Assembly: GCA_001818495.1 (NCBI GenBank)
Contig: MHKS01000005.1
Coordinates: forward strand, 466,584-530,583
DNA from: Candidatus Komeilibacteria bacterium RIFOXYD1_FULL_37_29
Lineage (GTDB): Bacteria; Patescibacteriota; Patescibacteriia; UBA1558; GWA2-36-10
Reading direction: 5' to 3'
DNA length: 64,000 bases
The notes below the pieces were generated by a model that saw nothing but the letters and a program-made list of their open reading frames with translations, did not search any database and had not been told where the DNA came from. The stretch's first letter is position 1; each line of letters begins with the position of its first letter. The position numbers were made by a program, and so were the translations under genes. Of the stretch, positions 43,173 to 52,997 are shown piece by piece.

Positions 43173-44290
43173 TTTTTATATTGATTAAATATAGCCAAAA
43201 TCTTTTGTGTTTGCTCTGACCACTGAGGTAAAGCAAAACTATCGGCCGATTTGGCCAGTTGTTCTTTCAATTTTTTATCCTCAGTCAAAAATTTTAAACT
43301 TTGGTAAATATCAGAAATATTATAAGGATCAACATATAAAGCTTGCTGCTTACCTATTTCTGGTAAAGATGTTTTATAGCTTATAATTACTGGCTTTTTG
43401 TGAGCAATGGCCTCGAGTGGCGGAAAACCAAAGCCCTCATAAAAAGATGGCCAAATCAAGCCCTGACTCAAAAAATAAAGAGCATCTTTGAGCGGACTAG
43501 CCACATAATCCAGATAATGAACAAAGCTACGTTCTTTGATATATTTTAGCACATTATTATAGATCCAACCCCGTGAGCCCACTATCAGTAGATGAACATC
43601 AGGATATTCTCTATGATATTTGTCAAAAGCCTTGATGATGCTGATTATATTTTTACGAGGCTCTAAAGTACCAACGTAGATGAAAAATTTTTCTGGCAAA
43701 GCCAATTTAGAAACCAAGGAAGTAGCCAGCTCTTTATTCATCGGTCTATAATCAATCCCTGGATAAATAATACTAATTTTATCCTCTGGCAAAGAAAAAA
43801 ATCTCATCAAATCTCTTTTGGTATTTTCTGAAACTGTAATAATATGGCTGGCGGCGCTAGTCAATTTTTCTACACCCACCAACTTGTGCCAATATCGTCT
43901 TTTTAAAGAATAAAACTCCCGACTGTGTAAAAATGATAAATCGTGAACCGTCAAAATAGTTGGACACTTTTTGGTGGGGCTAAAAAAATTTATATTTGGC
44001 ATCCAAAAAAGATCAATCTCTTCAAAAAACTTATCAAAAATATTTGACCTAAACCCAGTGATTAATTTTAAATTCAATAATTTATTAGAAATCGGAATAT
44101 GAATACGTTGAACATTTCTTTGATTAAAATCTACCGCTTCATACAAATCCTTATTTAATCCCGTGCTAAATAAATAATATTGATTTTGATTATCCGTTTT
44201 TAAAATATTTAAAATAGAATGAAAAACATACTTACCGATGCCGGTCCAATTTTTATTACCCAAAGCTCTGATATCAATGCCTATGTTCAT
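43169..44290 (-). CDS. GT4-family glycosyltransferase.
   Basis: YEGFGFPPLEAIAHKKPVIISYKTSLPEI is the GT4 signature. Confidence 0.8.
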   Translation of the reverse strand: MNIGIDIRALGNKNWTGIGKYVFHSILNILKTDNQNQYYLFSTGLNKDLYEAVDFNQRNVQRIHIPISNKLLNLKLITGFRSNIFDKFFEEIDLFWMPNINFFSPTKKCPTILTVHDLSFLHSREFYSLKRRYWHKLVGVEKLTSAASHIITVSENTKRDLMRFFSLPEDKISIIYPGIDYRPMNKELATSLVSKLALPEKFFIYVGTLEPRKNIISIIKAFDKYHREYPDVHLLIVGSRGWIYNNVLKYIKERSFVHYLDYVASPLKDALYFLSQGLIWPSFYEGFGFPPLEAIAHKKPVIISYKTSLPEIGKQQALYVDPYNISDIYQSLKFLTEDKKLKEQLAKSADSFALPQWSEQTQKILAIFNQYKK

Positions 44291-45384
44291 ATAGATTCAA
44301 TAAAATCAACCATTTTCTGTTTAAATTTGTCTTCACCAAAATTTTTAGCATGTTCTCTGATCAGTTGAGGATTGAACTTTGTAGGATCAAATCTTAAAAT
44401 CTTATGCGCCAAAGACTCCCAAGTTTGTTCTGAAAAAAATACCCCCGTCTGACCATCAATAATAGCTTCGCGTACACCACCACCAGAATAAGCTATCACT
44501 GGCCGACCAGAAGCCATAGCTTCTAAGGCCGTAATGCCAAAATCTTCAATCTGTGGGTAAATAAAAGCCTTACAACGAGCTAAATAATAATTTCTTTCTT
44601 CATCCGATAATTCGCCTAAAAATTCTATATTGGGATAAGCCATTTTTTTTAATCTTCTCAGCTCAGAACCATCGCCAATAATTTTAAGTGGCAATTTCAG
44701 ATTATTAAAAGCCTTGATAGCTAAATCTACTTTTTTATAAGGTCTAAGACGAGAAACAATCAAATAATAATCGCCTATTTCATCGGCTAAATGAAAATCT
44801 TCTACCTTAACTGGCGGATGAATAACTACTGCCTCTTTTTTGTAATGTTTTTTAATTTTATCAGCTATAAATTTGGAGTTAGCAATGAAATAATTTACCT
44901 CTTGGGCCTTATAGAAATCCCAATTTTGTAACTTATTTAATACCCTCGGTAAAAATACTTTTAGTAACCTGCCTTCCGGTAAATTACCTATATATTCTTC
45001 TTGATCGTCCCACAAATATCTAGTGGGTGCATGACAATAACAAATATGAATATTGTTATGCCCCGTTTTCACACCTTTTACAAAACCAGAAGAAGAAGAA
45101 ATAACCAGCTCATAAGAGCTTAAATCTGTTTTTTCCCAAGCACCAGGCATTAGTATTAAAAAATATTTAAAAAATCTAATGATGCCGGGAATCTTTTGCA
45201 AATATGAAGTAACGATATTTTTCTGATTCAATAAATTTTTGGTAATTTTTGGATTATTTATTAAAGTAAAAATCGGCGCCTGCGGATCTAAGCTAGATAA
45301 AGCTATTAGAACCTTTTCAGCGCCACCTATTTGAAATAAATGATCATGAGCAAAAGCAATTTTTTTCATATTACCACTAATCAC
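44287..45384 (-). CDS. GT4-family glycosyltransferase.
   Basis: EDFGITALEAMASGRPVIAYSGGGVREAI is the GT4 signature. Confidence 0.8.
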   Translation of the reverse strand: MISGNMKKIAFAHDHLFQIGGAEKVLIALSSLDPQAPIFTLINNPKITKNLLNQKNIVTSYLQKIPGIIRFFKYFLILMPGAWEKTDLSSYELVISSSSGFVKGVKTGHNNIHICYCHAPTRYLWDDQEEYIGNLPEGRLLKVFLPRVLNKLQNWDFYKAQEVNYFIANSKFIADKIKKHYKKEAVVIHPPVKVEDFHLADEIGDYYLIVSRLRPYKKVDLAIKAFNNLKLPLKIIGDGSELRRLKKMAYPNIEFLGELSDEERNYYLARCKAFIYPQIEDFGITALEAMASGRPVIAYSGGGVREAIIDGQTGVFFSEQTWESLAHKILRFDPTKFNPQLIREHAKNFGEDKFKQKMVDFIESI

Positions 45385-46759
45385 CTCTAATTACCGCTAT
45401 AGGCGTCTTCAATAAAATGATTAAATCTAATAAAATAGACCAATTTTCAATATAAAACACATCCAGCTTAGCTTCTTCGCTAAAAGCTAAATTGGCTCGT
45501 CCAGACACTTGAGCCATGCCAGTAATCCCCGGTTTAATCGATAATAATTTTTTATAACCTCTTTGATATTTATCCACTTCTTCTGGCTCATGCGGCCTGG
45601 GGCCAACTAAACTCATAGTGCCCAACAAAACATTAACCAGCTGTGGCAACTCATCAATACTACTACGTCTTAAAAATTTACCAACTTTTGTCACTCGTGG
45701 GTCATCTTTCATCTTAAATAATGGCCCATCAGATCTTTCATTATATTTGAGTACCTCCGCTTTCATCTTATGAGCGCCCTTAATCATAGAACGAAATTTA
45801 TACATTTTAAATAATCGTCCCCTGGCACCAACCCGCTCCAATCTGACAAAAATTGGTCCCTTAGAATTAAGTTTGATAACTAGAGATACAATAATAAAAA
45901 TCGGCAGCAACAATAACAACAGCCAGCCAGATATAAAAATATCAAAAATTCTTTTATACACCCGTCGCCAACCGTCTAAAGGTGTCCCCTGTATTTCTAC
46001 AATCGGCACACCGGCTATAGAATTCATATTTAAGTGTAAACTCTGTGTTTGAAAAAGACTGGCTGCATATTTTAAATCCAGATGGTTTTCTTGACAATAA
46101 GTCAAAAGGTTTAAGGCCTGATCTTTGTCAATGTTAGAATCTGTTTGAATAATAGCATCAATTTTTTTAAACTTTATTTTTTCTTTGATCTCATAAGAAT
46201 TTTCCAAATCCGCTAGACTGGCAAATTCAGCGGCTATCTCAAAACCCATCTGTCGATTATTGTTATAAGTATCAACAATTATTTTTCTACTATCTGCCGT
46301 ACCAATAACAATAATTTTAGAAAGGCCATATCCCCTTTTTAAAAAATAATTTCTAATCAAAAATACTATCACGCGGGATATAAATAAATAAATAATAATA
46401 ATAATCCAGGAAAATATTATAATAAAACGAGAAGAAAATAATTCTCTTTGCCAAAAAATAGCCAAAACAACAATAACGCCCATTGTGGAAACCCCAGTAA
46501 CTATTTTGGTAAGTTCTCTAGCCAATTTTTTGTCTTGCATAGCATAAAAACCATTAAAAGCAAAAACTATAACGGCCAAAACTGCCATTTCCAAAGCTAG
46601 ATTAACGAAATCAGAAAAAGGCATTTCATAAAATACCGGTCTAATCTCTTCGATAGACTCGGAAAATCTTAAAAAATAGGCCGACAAAGCACCTAAAAAG
46701 ACCACTATAAAATCAATAGGCACCAAGGCAATATTAACAATAAAATTGGCTTTTTTCAT
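45377..46759 (-). CDS. Priming undecaprenyl-phosphate sugar-phosphate transferase of the WbaP/CpsE bacterial sugar transferase family.
   Basis: TM helices are followed by KRIFDIFISGWLLLLLLPIFIIVSL...FKMYKFRSM...DELPQLVNVLLGTMSLVGPRP. Confidence 0.85.
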   Translation of the reverse strand: MKKANFIVNIALVPIDFIVVFLGALSAYFLRFSESIEEIRPVFYEMPFSDFVNLALEMAVLAVIVFAFNGFYAMQDKKLARELTKIVTGVSTMGVIVVLAIFWQRELFSSRFIIIFSWIIIIIYLFISRVIVFLIRNYFLKRGYGLSKIIVIGTADSRKIIVDTYNNNRQMGFEIAAEFASLADLENSYEIKEKIKFKKIDAIIQTDSNIDKDQALNLLTYCQENHLDLKYAASLFQTQSLHLNMNSIAGVPIVEIQGTPLDGWRRVYKRIFDIFISGWLLLLLLPIFIIVSLVIKLNSKGPIFVRLERVGARGRLFKMYKFRSMIKGAHKMKAEVLKYNERSDGPLFKMKDDPRVTKVGKFLRRSSIDELPQLVNVLLGTMSLVGPRPHEPEEVDKYQRGYKKLLSIKPGITGMAQVSGRANLAFSEEAKLDVFYIENWSILLDLIILLKTPIAVIRGD

Positions 46760-46816
46760 GATATAAATATCATATCATTTGCCCTATATTTAGTAAATAT
46801 ATTAAAATTACTACTA

Positions 46817-46845
46817 TTGACAAAATAAATAAAATCTGTTATATA
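46817..46845 (+). promoter_or_regulatory. Sigma70 promoter for rnpB: TTGACA, a 17-nt spacer, then TATATA.
   Basis: ttgaca lies at 46817-46822 and tatata at 46840-46845. The predicted TSS falls about 7-10 nt downstream, at the start of the P1 helix. Confidence 0.6.
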
Positions 46846-46855
46846 TTAGCTACAA

Positions 46856-47227
46856 GGTCTAAATAGACTGAGATGATTGCTACTTTTAGCGTAAGGCTAA
46901 TCGTAGAGGAAAGTCCGAACACCACAAAAAAAGGTAGTTGGTAACACCAACCGCTCCAAACGCAAGTTTGGCAGTAGGACAAGTGCAACAGAGAATATTC
47001 CTTCCCGCTTTGCGGGATAAGGGTGAAAATGTCGAATAATCAGTCGACACGTTTATATGGTGACATATAGAAAGAGGTAAACTTCTATCTGGTGTAAGGC
47101 CAAATAGAGCGGCGAAGGCCGCTGGGTAGGCTGCTTGAGGTTGTAAGCAATTACAATCCTAGATAGATGATCATCGTTTCAGTTTTACTGAAATTACAGA
47201 ATTCGGCTTATGAGGTCTATTTAGACC
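46856..47227 (+). ncRNA. rnpB: RNase P RNA, bacterial type A.
   Basis: The P1 helix pairs ggtctaaatagac with gtctatttagacc. The P4 motif GAGGAAAGTCCGAAC is present. AAGGGTGAAA, CTGGGTAGGCTGCTTGAGG, CCTAGATAGATGA and ACAGAATTCGGCTTAT closely match the E. coli M1 RNA 3' half. A T-tract follows. Confidence 0.93.
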
Positions 47228-47234
47228 TTTTTTA

Positions 47235-48332
47235 TTACTTTAAAATATATTCCAAAGTTTCCTTGGCTACCTTAGGCCAAGAAAAATCTTTGGCTCTAGC
47301 TAGTCCCTTAGTAATTTTTTTTTCACGAAGTTCTTTATTTTTAAACAGCTCCTCTATTTTATCTTGGATATCATCAGTATTATCTGGATCAAAATAAATT
47401 ACTGCTTCTTGACCAATTTCCTTTAAAGCTGGGATATTCGAACAGGCCACTGGCACACCAGAGGCCATGGCTTCTAAAATTGGTATACCAAAACCTTCAA
47501 ACTTGGAAGGAAAAACAAAACCCGAGGCACAAGCCATGAGCTTGGGATAATTTTCTTGATTTACATAGCCCAAAAAAATTATATCTTCTTTTAAGTCGGG
47601 ATGTTTAACCAACTCTTCTATTTCTTTATAGCCATAGTTACCGGGACGGCCAGCTAAAACCAAGGGCCACTTACGACTACTCTTTTGATAAGCTTTTAGT
47701 AAATTCAAAACATTTTTTTTACTTTCCAGACGACCAATATATAACAAAAAATTATCTGGATAATCATGAATGTCCATAAATTTCAGCCTATCTTCTGGGC
47801 TAATCGGTTTGAAAGAGTCTTGGTTATAAGACAAGTGAATCACTTTTATTTTATCTTTGGCCTTAGGGAAATAACTTATAATATCTGCTTTGCTAGCCTC
47901 TGAGATAGTAATAATTTTATCAGCCCTAAAAACAGCCAAACGATGGGACATTTTCTGATAAATCCTTTCCAAAGGATGATAAAGCTCGGGGTGTTTATAA
48001 AATCCCAAATCATGAATAGTCACTATCATCTCTCCTCGACCAAACAGCGGTAAGGCATTGGTCGCAAAAAATTTATCCACCGGATGAATGAGTAGCTCCC
48101 AAGCCAATCTAATATGCGTCCAAAATTTTTCAAACGGCCACGGTAAGGACTTAAAATAAAAATTTTCCGGCGCTTTTTTTAAGTCGCCGGCTAAATACCT
48201 ATTATAATAAACTACGAATTTATTTTCTTTATCAATTTTTTTAAATTCCTGAAGCATATACCAGGCATACCATTCGGTGCCTGTTTTATAAGTTTTATTA
48301 GCTCTAGTAGCTTCTAAACCCAGTGTTTTCAT
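47235..48332 (-). CDS. GT4-family glycosyltransferase.
   Basis: EGFGIPILEAMASGVPVACSNIPALKEI is the GT4 signature. The start is the Met at 48332 (MKTLGLEA). The longer ORF in the track would overlap mreB. Confidence 0.78.
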   Translation of the reverse strand: MKTLGLEATRANKTYKTGTEWYAWYMLQEFKKIDKENKFVVYYNRYLAGDLKKAPENFYFKSLPWPFEKFWTHIRLAWELLIHPVDKFFATNALPLFGRGEMIVTIHDLGFYKHPELYHPLERIYQKMSHRLAVFRADKIITISEASKADIISYFPKAKDKIKVIHLSYNQDSFKPISPEDRLKFMDIHDYPDNFLLYIGRLESKKNVLNLLKAYQKSSRKWPLVLAGRPGNYGYKEIEELVKHPDLKEDIIFLGYVNQENYPKLMACASGFVFPSKFEGFGIPILEAMASGVPVACSNIPALKEIGQEAVIYFDPDNTDDIQDKIEELFKNKELREKKITKGLARAKDFSWPKVAKETLEYILK

Positions 48333-48339
48333 AGGAAAT

Positions 48340-49353
48340 TTATTTGGCCGATAAAATACTCCTCTTATAAGACTCCAAATTTTCCAAGGCGATGCCCGTT
48401 CCACGGGCCACACAAAGAAGTGCGTCATCAGCGACATAGGCTGGCACGCCAGTGGCTTGGCTAAGTAATCTATCTATATTTCTTAAAAGTGCTGTACCAC
48501 CAGATAAGACCATCCCCTTATCCATAATATCAGCCGATAATTCCGGTGGAGTTTGGTAAAGCACCGACTTAACAGCTGTGATTAAACTTTGTAATTCATT
48601 TTGTAAAGCTTCAGTCACATCATCGGAATTGACCTTAACAGTGCGTGGTAAACCAGTGATCATATCTCGCCCCTTAATATCCATAGTTAATTTTTCTTCT
48701 TTTGGTAAAAATTGAGCACTACCAATTCTTATTTTTACTTCTTCAGCGCTACGTTCACCAATCGCTAGATTATACTTTCTCTTTATATACTCCCCAATAG
48801 CGGCATCATATTTATTACCACCAATTCTGACTGATGTATTGGCTACTATCCCTCCCAAAGAAATAACCGCTATTTCACTGGTACCACCGCCCATATCTAC
48901 TATCATATGCCCCGATGCTGACCCAATAGGAATATCAGCTCCAATAGCGGCAGCAATGGGCTCTTTGATAATATAAGCAGCTTTAGCGCCAGCATTTAAA
49001 GTAGCATCGATGACTGCCCGACGCTCCGTAGAAGTAATACCAGCTGGTACGGCGATCATAACTTCTGGACGAAATATTTTCATCCCACCAACTGCTTTAT
49101 TAATAAAATATTTAAGCATACTTTCCGTAATCCGATAATCGGCAATTACTCCATCTTTAAGTGGCCTGGCGGCAATAATAGAATCTGGTGTTCGTCCAAT
49201 CATCTCTTTGGCCTCATCACCAACCGCTAAAACTTTTTTATCCAAAACAGAAATAGCCACAACCGATGGTTCGTTTATGACTATACCTCTTTTGGGAATA
49301 TATACCAAGGTATAGGTAGTCCCCAAATCTATGCCAATTTTCTTTATAAACAT
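48340..49353 (-). CDS. MreB/Mbl-family actin homolog, paralog 2.
   Basis: GIDLGTTYTLVYIPKRGIVINEPSVVA and the downstream actin-fold motifs are present. Length is 337 aa. Confidence 0.85.
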   Translation of the reverse strand: MFIKKIGIDLGTTYTLVYIPKRGIVINEPSVVAISVLDKKVLAVGDEAKEMIGRTPDSIIAARPLKDGVIADYRITESMLKYFINKAVGGMKIFRPEVMIAVPAGITSTERRAVIDATLNAGAKAAYIIKEPIAAAIGADIPIGSASGHMIVDMGGGTSEIAVISLGGIVANTSVRIGGNKYDAAIGEYIKRKYNLAIGERSAEEVKIRIGSAQFLPKEEKLTMDIKGRDMITGLPRTVKVNSDDVTEALQNELQSLITAVKSVLYQTPPELSADIMDKGMVLSGGTALLRNIDRLLSQATGVPAYVADDALLCVARGTGIALENLESYKRSILSAK

Positions 49354-49360
49354 GGATTAT

Positions 49361-49819
49361 CTATTGAATTTCTAATATCTTACAGGTTGTTTTTCTTCCT
49401 GGCAAATTAATTTCTGCTTCATCACCAACAGACTTACCCATCAAGGCCTCCCCAAAAGGAGATTCTAAAGAAATCTTACCACGAACTGGATCTGCTTCGG
49501 TACTACCAACAATAGTAAAATTCATAATTTGTCCTTCTTTATCTATCTTGACCTGAGAACCAACATGCACCCGACCATCACTACTGGCTTTTTCAGCTAC
49601 TGAAGATGTCTTGATTAATCGCTCCAACTCTAAAATACGACCTTCCACAAAAGATTGTTCTTCTTTGGCTTCCTGATATTCAGCATTTTCTGATAAATCC
49701 CCCAGCTCTTTGGCTTGTTTGATTCGATCAGAGACCTGTGGGCGCTTATTGTTTTTCAAATGCTCTAGTTCTTCTTTGAGCTTATTTAAACCCTCTTTGG
49801 TTAAAATTTTATTATCCAT
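49361..49819 (-). CDS. greA: Transcription elongation factor GreA.
   Basis: LTKEGLNKLKEELEHLKNNKRPQVSDRIKQAKELGDLSENAEYQEAKEEQSFVEGRILELE is canonical GreA. The start is the Met at 49819. Confidence 0.9.
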   Translation of the reverse strand: MDNKILTKEGLNKLKEELEHLKNNKRPQVSDRIKQAKELGDLSENAEYQEAKEEQSFVEGRILELERLIKTSSVAEKASSDGRVHVGSQVKIDKEGQIMNFTIVGSTEADPVRGKISLESPFGEALMGKSVGDEAEINLPGRKTTCKILEIQ

Positions 49820-49856
49820 AAACAACTTATTATTATTATATTTAAATCTTAGCAAA

Positions 49857-51764
49857 TTATTGGGAAAAATACCACTGCATAAATTCCCTAGTAATAGTGA
49901 CAGCTAAACCAATATCTCCACCCTCTTCTACTATCACCGCTGTAACTATCTTGGCATCATCATAAGGAGCAAAGGCCGCCATCCAAGAATGAGGAGTTTT
50001 ATTTCGATTAAACTGTGCCGTACCAGTTTTACCAGCTACACTGATAGGTACTGCCTGCAAACTTTGAGCTGTCCCATCTGTCACTGTCATACGCAAACCT
50101 TTGCGAATAGTTTCTAAACTATCATCAGAAATAACATGATCTAAAAATATTTTTGGTTGATAAATCTCTGTGCCGCTAGAAGATTTTATCTCCTTGATAA
50201 AATGTGGGTTATAGGCTAAACCCTGATTAGCAAAATAAGACATCACCGTAGCCGCTTGAATGGGCGTCACTGATAAAAATCCTTGGCCGATAGACAAATT
50301 ATAAGTATCACCCAAATACCATCTTTCACCAAAGGTTTTTTCTTTCCATTCTTTACTTGGTAAAAAACCAGTCGCTTCCGCATTTAAGTCAATCTTAGTG
50401 GTATCACCTAAACCAAATTTTTTAGCATATTCCATAATCTTATCGACGCCCAAACCCAAGCTAAGCCACTGATTATTACCACCACCAATAGAATAAAAAA
50501 ATGTATTGACTGAATCGGCTAAAGCCCAATAAATATTAGTAAGTCCATGTCCAGAACTGCGCCAATCAGGAAAAAAATTATTACCCACCTGCACTCCACC
50601 AGTGCTATTTACAGTAAAACTGGGGGTAATTATCTTTTCTTCCAGTGCAGCGGCTGAAACAATCGTTTTAAAAACTGAACCCATGGGATAAGTGCCAGAG
50701 ACAACCCTATTTAACAGCGGTAAATCTTCGTCACTTAAAACCCTTTGATAATCTTCATTATTTAAAACTGTGGTAAAAATATTATTGTCATAGTCCGGCA
50801 AACTAACCATCGCCAAAACACCGCCGTCCTGAGCGTCCAAAACTACTGCGGCCATTTTTCTTTTGTCATAATTTGCGGCCTGGTTTTTCATTATCTCGAA
50901 CAATTTTTCTTGAGCTTTGGCGTCTATAGTCAATGTCAAGTCATCTCCATCTATCGGATCAAGCATTGATAAAATATTTTTTTCTCTAAACAAAGCGTCT
51001 ACCTCAATTTGTCTAATACCATCTTTGCCTTTTAAGAAATCCTCATAAATAAGCTCCAACCCGGTCTTACCAAGACGATCGTGATAATTGTATTGGCGAT
51101 TTTCAATATCCTCTTCGGCCACTACCCCCAAATATCCCAAAGAATGGCTCATCCCTAAATTAGAAAAATACTGACGCCGTGGCTCATAACTAACATCAAT
51201 GCTAGGATAAGTCTCTGACAAGATAATCAGTTTCATCGCCAATTCATAAGGCAAATTTTCATATAACAATATTCGATCAGCTGGTTGGTCTTGGCTGGAA
51301 ATAGTCTCTATTAATTTATCCTGAGGCATTTCTAAGATACTAGCCAGCTTGGTAAACAAATCCTGTTTTACTAGATCATCTTCTGGCAATATATCCTTTT
51401 CTAAATAAAGAAAAAAATAAGAAACATTTTTTACCAACAGATTACCAAAGCGATCATATAAAAGTCCGCGATTAGCCTTGATGATTTCCGATCTAATACG
51501 ATTTCCTTCGGCTACTGTTCTAAAATATTCCCCCCTGACTGCCTGTAAATACAAAGACCGGGAAAACAAAATCATCATAAATAGGGCGAAAACAAAAAAT
51601 AAAGAACGTATTTTTTTATCATCAAAAAACTTACCCAAGGACTGAGTTTTGTCAGCCAAACCAAAATCTAAATAATCCCCAGTTTTTTTCTGTCGAACAT
51701 AAGTTCTGACGCTGGAATCACGAATCTGGCCTTCCTGAATTTTAAAAGGATTGTTTTTTATCAT
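49857..51764 (-). CDS. mrdA: Penicillin-binding protein 2, the elongasome transpeptidase.
   Basis: An N-terminal TM helix, a dimerisation domain and a transpeptidase domain with GSVFKT (SxxK) are present. It lies in the mreBCD context. Confidence 0.85.
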   Translation of the reverse strand: MIKNNPFKIQEGQIRDSSVRTYVRQKKTGDYLDFGLADKTQSLGKFFDDKKIRSLFFVFALFMMILFSRSLYLQAVRGEYFRTVAEGNRIRSEIIKANRGLLYDRFGNLLVKNVSYFFLYLEKDILPEDDLVKQDLFTKLASILEMPQDKLIETISSQDQPADRILLYENLPYELAMKLIILSETYPSIDVSYEPRRQYFSNLGMSHSLGYLGVVAEEDIENRQYNYHDRLGKTGLELIYEDFLKGKDGIRQIEVDALFREKNILSMLDPIDGDDLTLTIDAKAQEKLFEIMKNQAANYDKRKMAAVVLDAQDGGVLAMVSLPDYDNNIFTTVLNNEDYQRVLSDEDLPLLNRVVSGTYPMGSVFKTIVSAAALEEKIITPSFTVNSTGGVQVGNNFFPDWRSSGHGLTNIYWALADSVNTFFYSIGGGNNQWLSLGLGVDKIMEYAKKFGLGDTTKIDLNAEATGFLPSKEWKEKTFGERWYLGDTYNLSIGQGFLSVTPIQAATVMSYFANQGLAYNPHFIKEIKSSSGTEIYQPKIFLDHVISDDSLETIRKGLRMTVTDGTAQSLQAVPISVAGKTGTAQFNRNKTPHSWMAAFAPYDDAKIVTAVIVEEGGDIGLAVTITREFMQWYFSQ

Positions 51765-52245
51765 GATGCCGGAGCCAAAAATTATAATAAATTAAATGTA
51801 AAAATATTACCAAAAATATATTGACACCCATCATTTTTAAAATTGGTCTGATCTGCATTTTATCAAAAACATAGACATCCCAATTAAAAATAAAATCCGC
51901 TGTCCAAAACAATACCCAAAATAATAGAAATGAACATATAGTCAAAAGAATTATGGCTAAAATATTTTTTGAAGTAAGAATGGTCACTTGCAAACCTTGT
52001 AATAAAAAAATAATTAACACAAAAATAATAGCGTGTAAACCAAAAATTCCCGTAAAAGAATCCACAAAAAACCCAGCCAACATTGCAAACAAATAATGCA
52101 ACCAACTTTTACTGGAATTAAAATAAACCAATAAGACAGCGACTAAAAATGGCTGCAAAAATTGCCAACCATTATCGTAAAAATTTAGCAGGAAGAATAA
52201 GAAAACAGAAATTAAATATATTAAGGTTAAATAAACATACTTCAT
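51742..52245 (-). CDS. mreD: Rod shape-determining protein MreD, assigned from synteny and topology.
   Basis: A polytopic 167-aa membrane protein located between mreC and mrdA. Confidence 0.55.
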   Translation of the reverse strand: MKYVYLTLIYLISVFLFFLLNFYDNGWQFLQPFLVAVLLVYFNSSKSWLHYLFAMLAGFFVDSFTGIFGLHAIIFVLIIFLLQGLQVTILTSKNILAIILLTICSFLLFWVLFWTADFIFNWDVYVFDKMQIRPILKMMGVNIFLVIFLHLIYYNFWLRHHDKKQSF

Positions 52246-52982
52246 AGGCTTGTAATCACCGCCAGAGTATTTAAAACTTCGTAATTAACCATCGGCAAAA
52301 CAGAGGCTTTTTTAAATAACTCTTCCTGAGAAAACTCAACCTCTCCTATTTGACCAACAATTAAACCAGACGGAATCTTTGGATCAATATCACCGGTCAC
52401 TACTACATCACCGCTTTTAATATCCTGCTCTTGTGGTATAAAATTTAAATCCATCACCAAGCCCAATGATCCACTTAAAATACCGGAAACTAGCCTATCA
52501 TTGCCTATTTTAACAGCTAGTTTAGAAAAACTATCAGTCAACAGGCGAATTTTAGACGCATCAATGCCGGCTTCAATGACCTTACCGACAATAATACCAT
52601 CGCTTAAAACTACAGCTTGTCCAGCCTCTATATTTTGATTACGCCCGGCATCGACTATCAATATATTACGATTGACCGGATCTCTACTCAATATATTTAC
52701 CACCGCCAGAGTGTATTGATTTTTATCTTTCAAATTCAATAATTTGCGTAAATTATTATTTTCCTTTTCCAATTCTTTTAAACGACTATTTTCTACAGAC
52801 AAATCAGCATAGGCTTTCTCTAGATCTGTCGGCGGATTTAAGAAGACACTACTAAATTGACTGGGTGAAAAACTATTTCTAAAAACCATGGCCAAATCAA
52901 AAATCTGTCCGTTTTTAAACAATACAAACAAGACAATAATAGTAAGAAAGAGTAAAAAAAATTTTAAATTCTGTCTCAACAT
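52242..52982 (-). CDS. mreC: Rod shape-determining protein MreC.
   Basis: An N-terminal TM helix, a coiled coil and a C-terminal beta domain (...GDVVVTGDIDPKIPSGLIVGQIGEV), which is MreC-like. Confidence 0.8.
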   Translation of the reverse strand: MLRQNLKFFLLFLTIIVLFVLFKNGQIFDLAMVFRNSFSPSQFSSVFLNPPTDLEKAYADLSVENSRLKELEKENNNLRKLLNLKDKNQYTLAVVNILSRDPVNRNILIVDAGRNQNIEAGQAVVLSDGIIVGKVIEAGIDASKIRLLTDSFSKLAVKIGNDRLVSGILSGSLGLVMDLNFIPQEQDIKSGDVVVTGDIDPKIPSGLIVGQIGEVEFSQEELFKKASVLPMVNYEVLNTLAVITSL

Positions 52983-52997
52983 GGGCCAAAAGCAATT

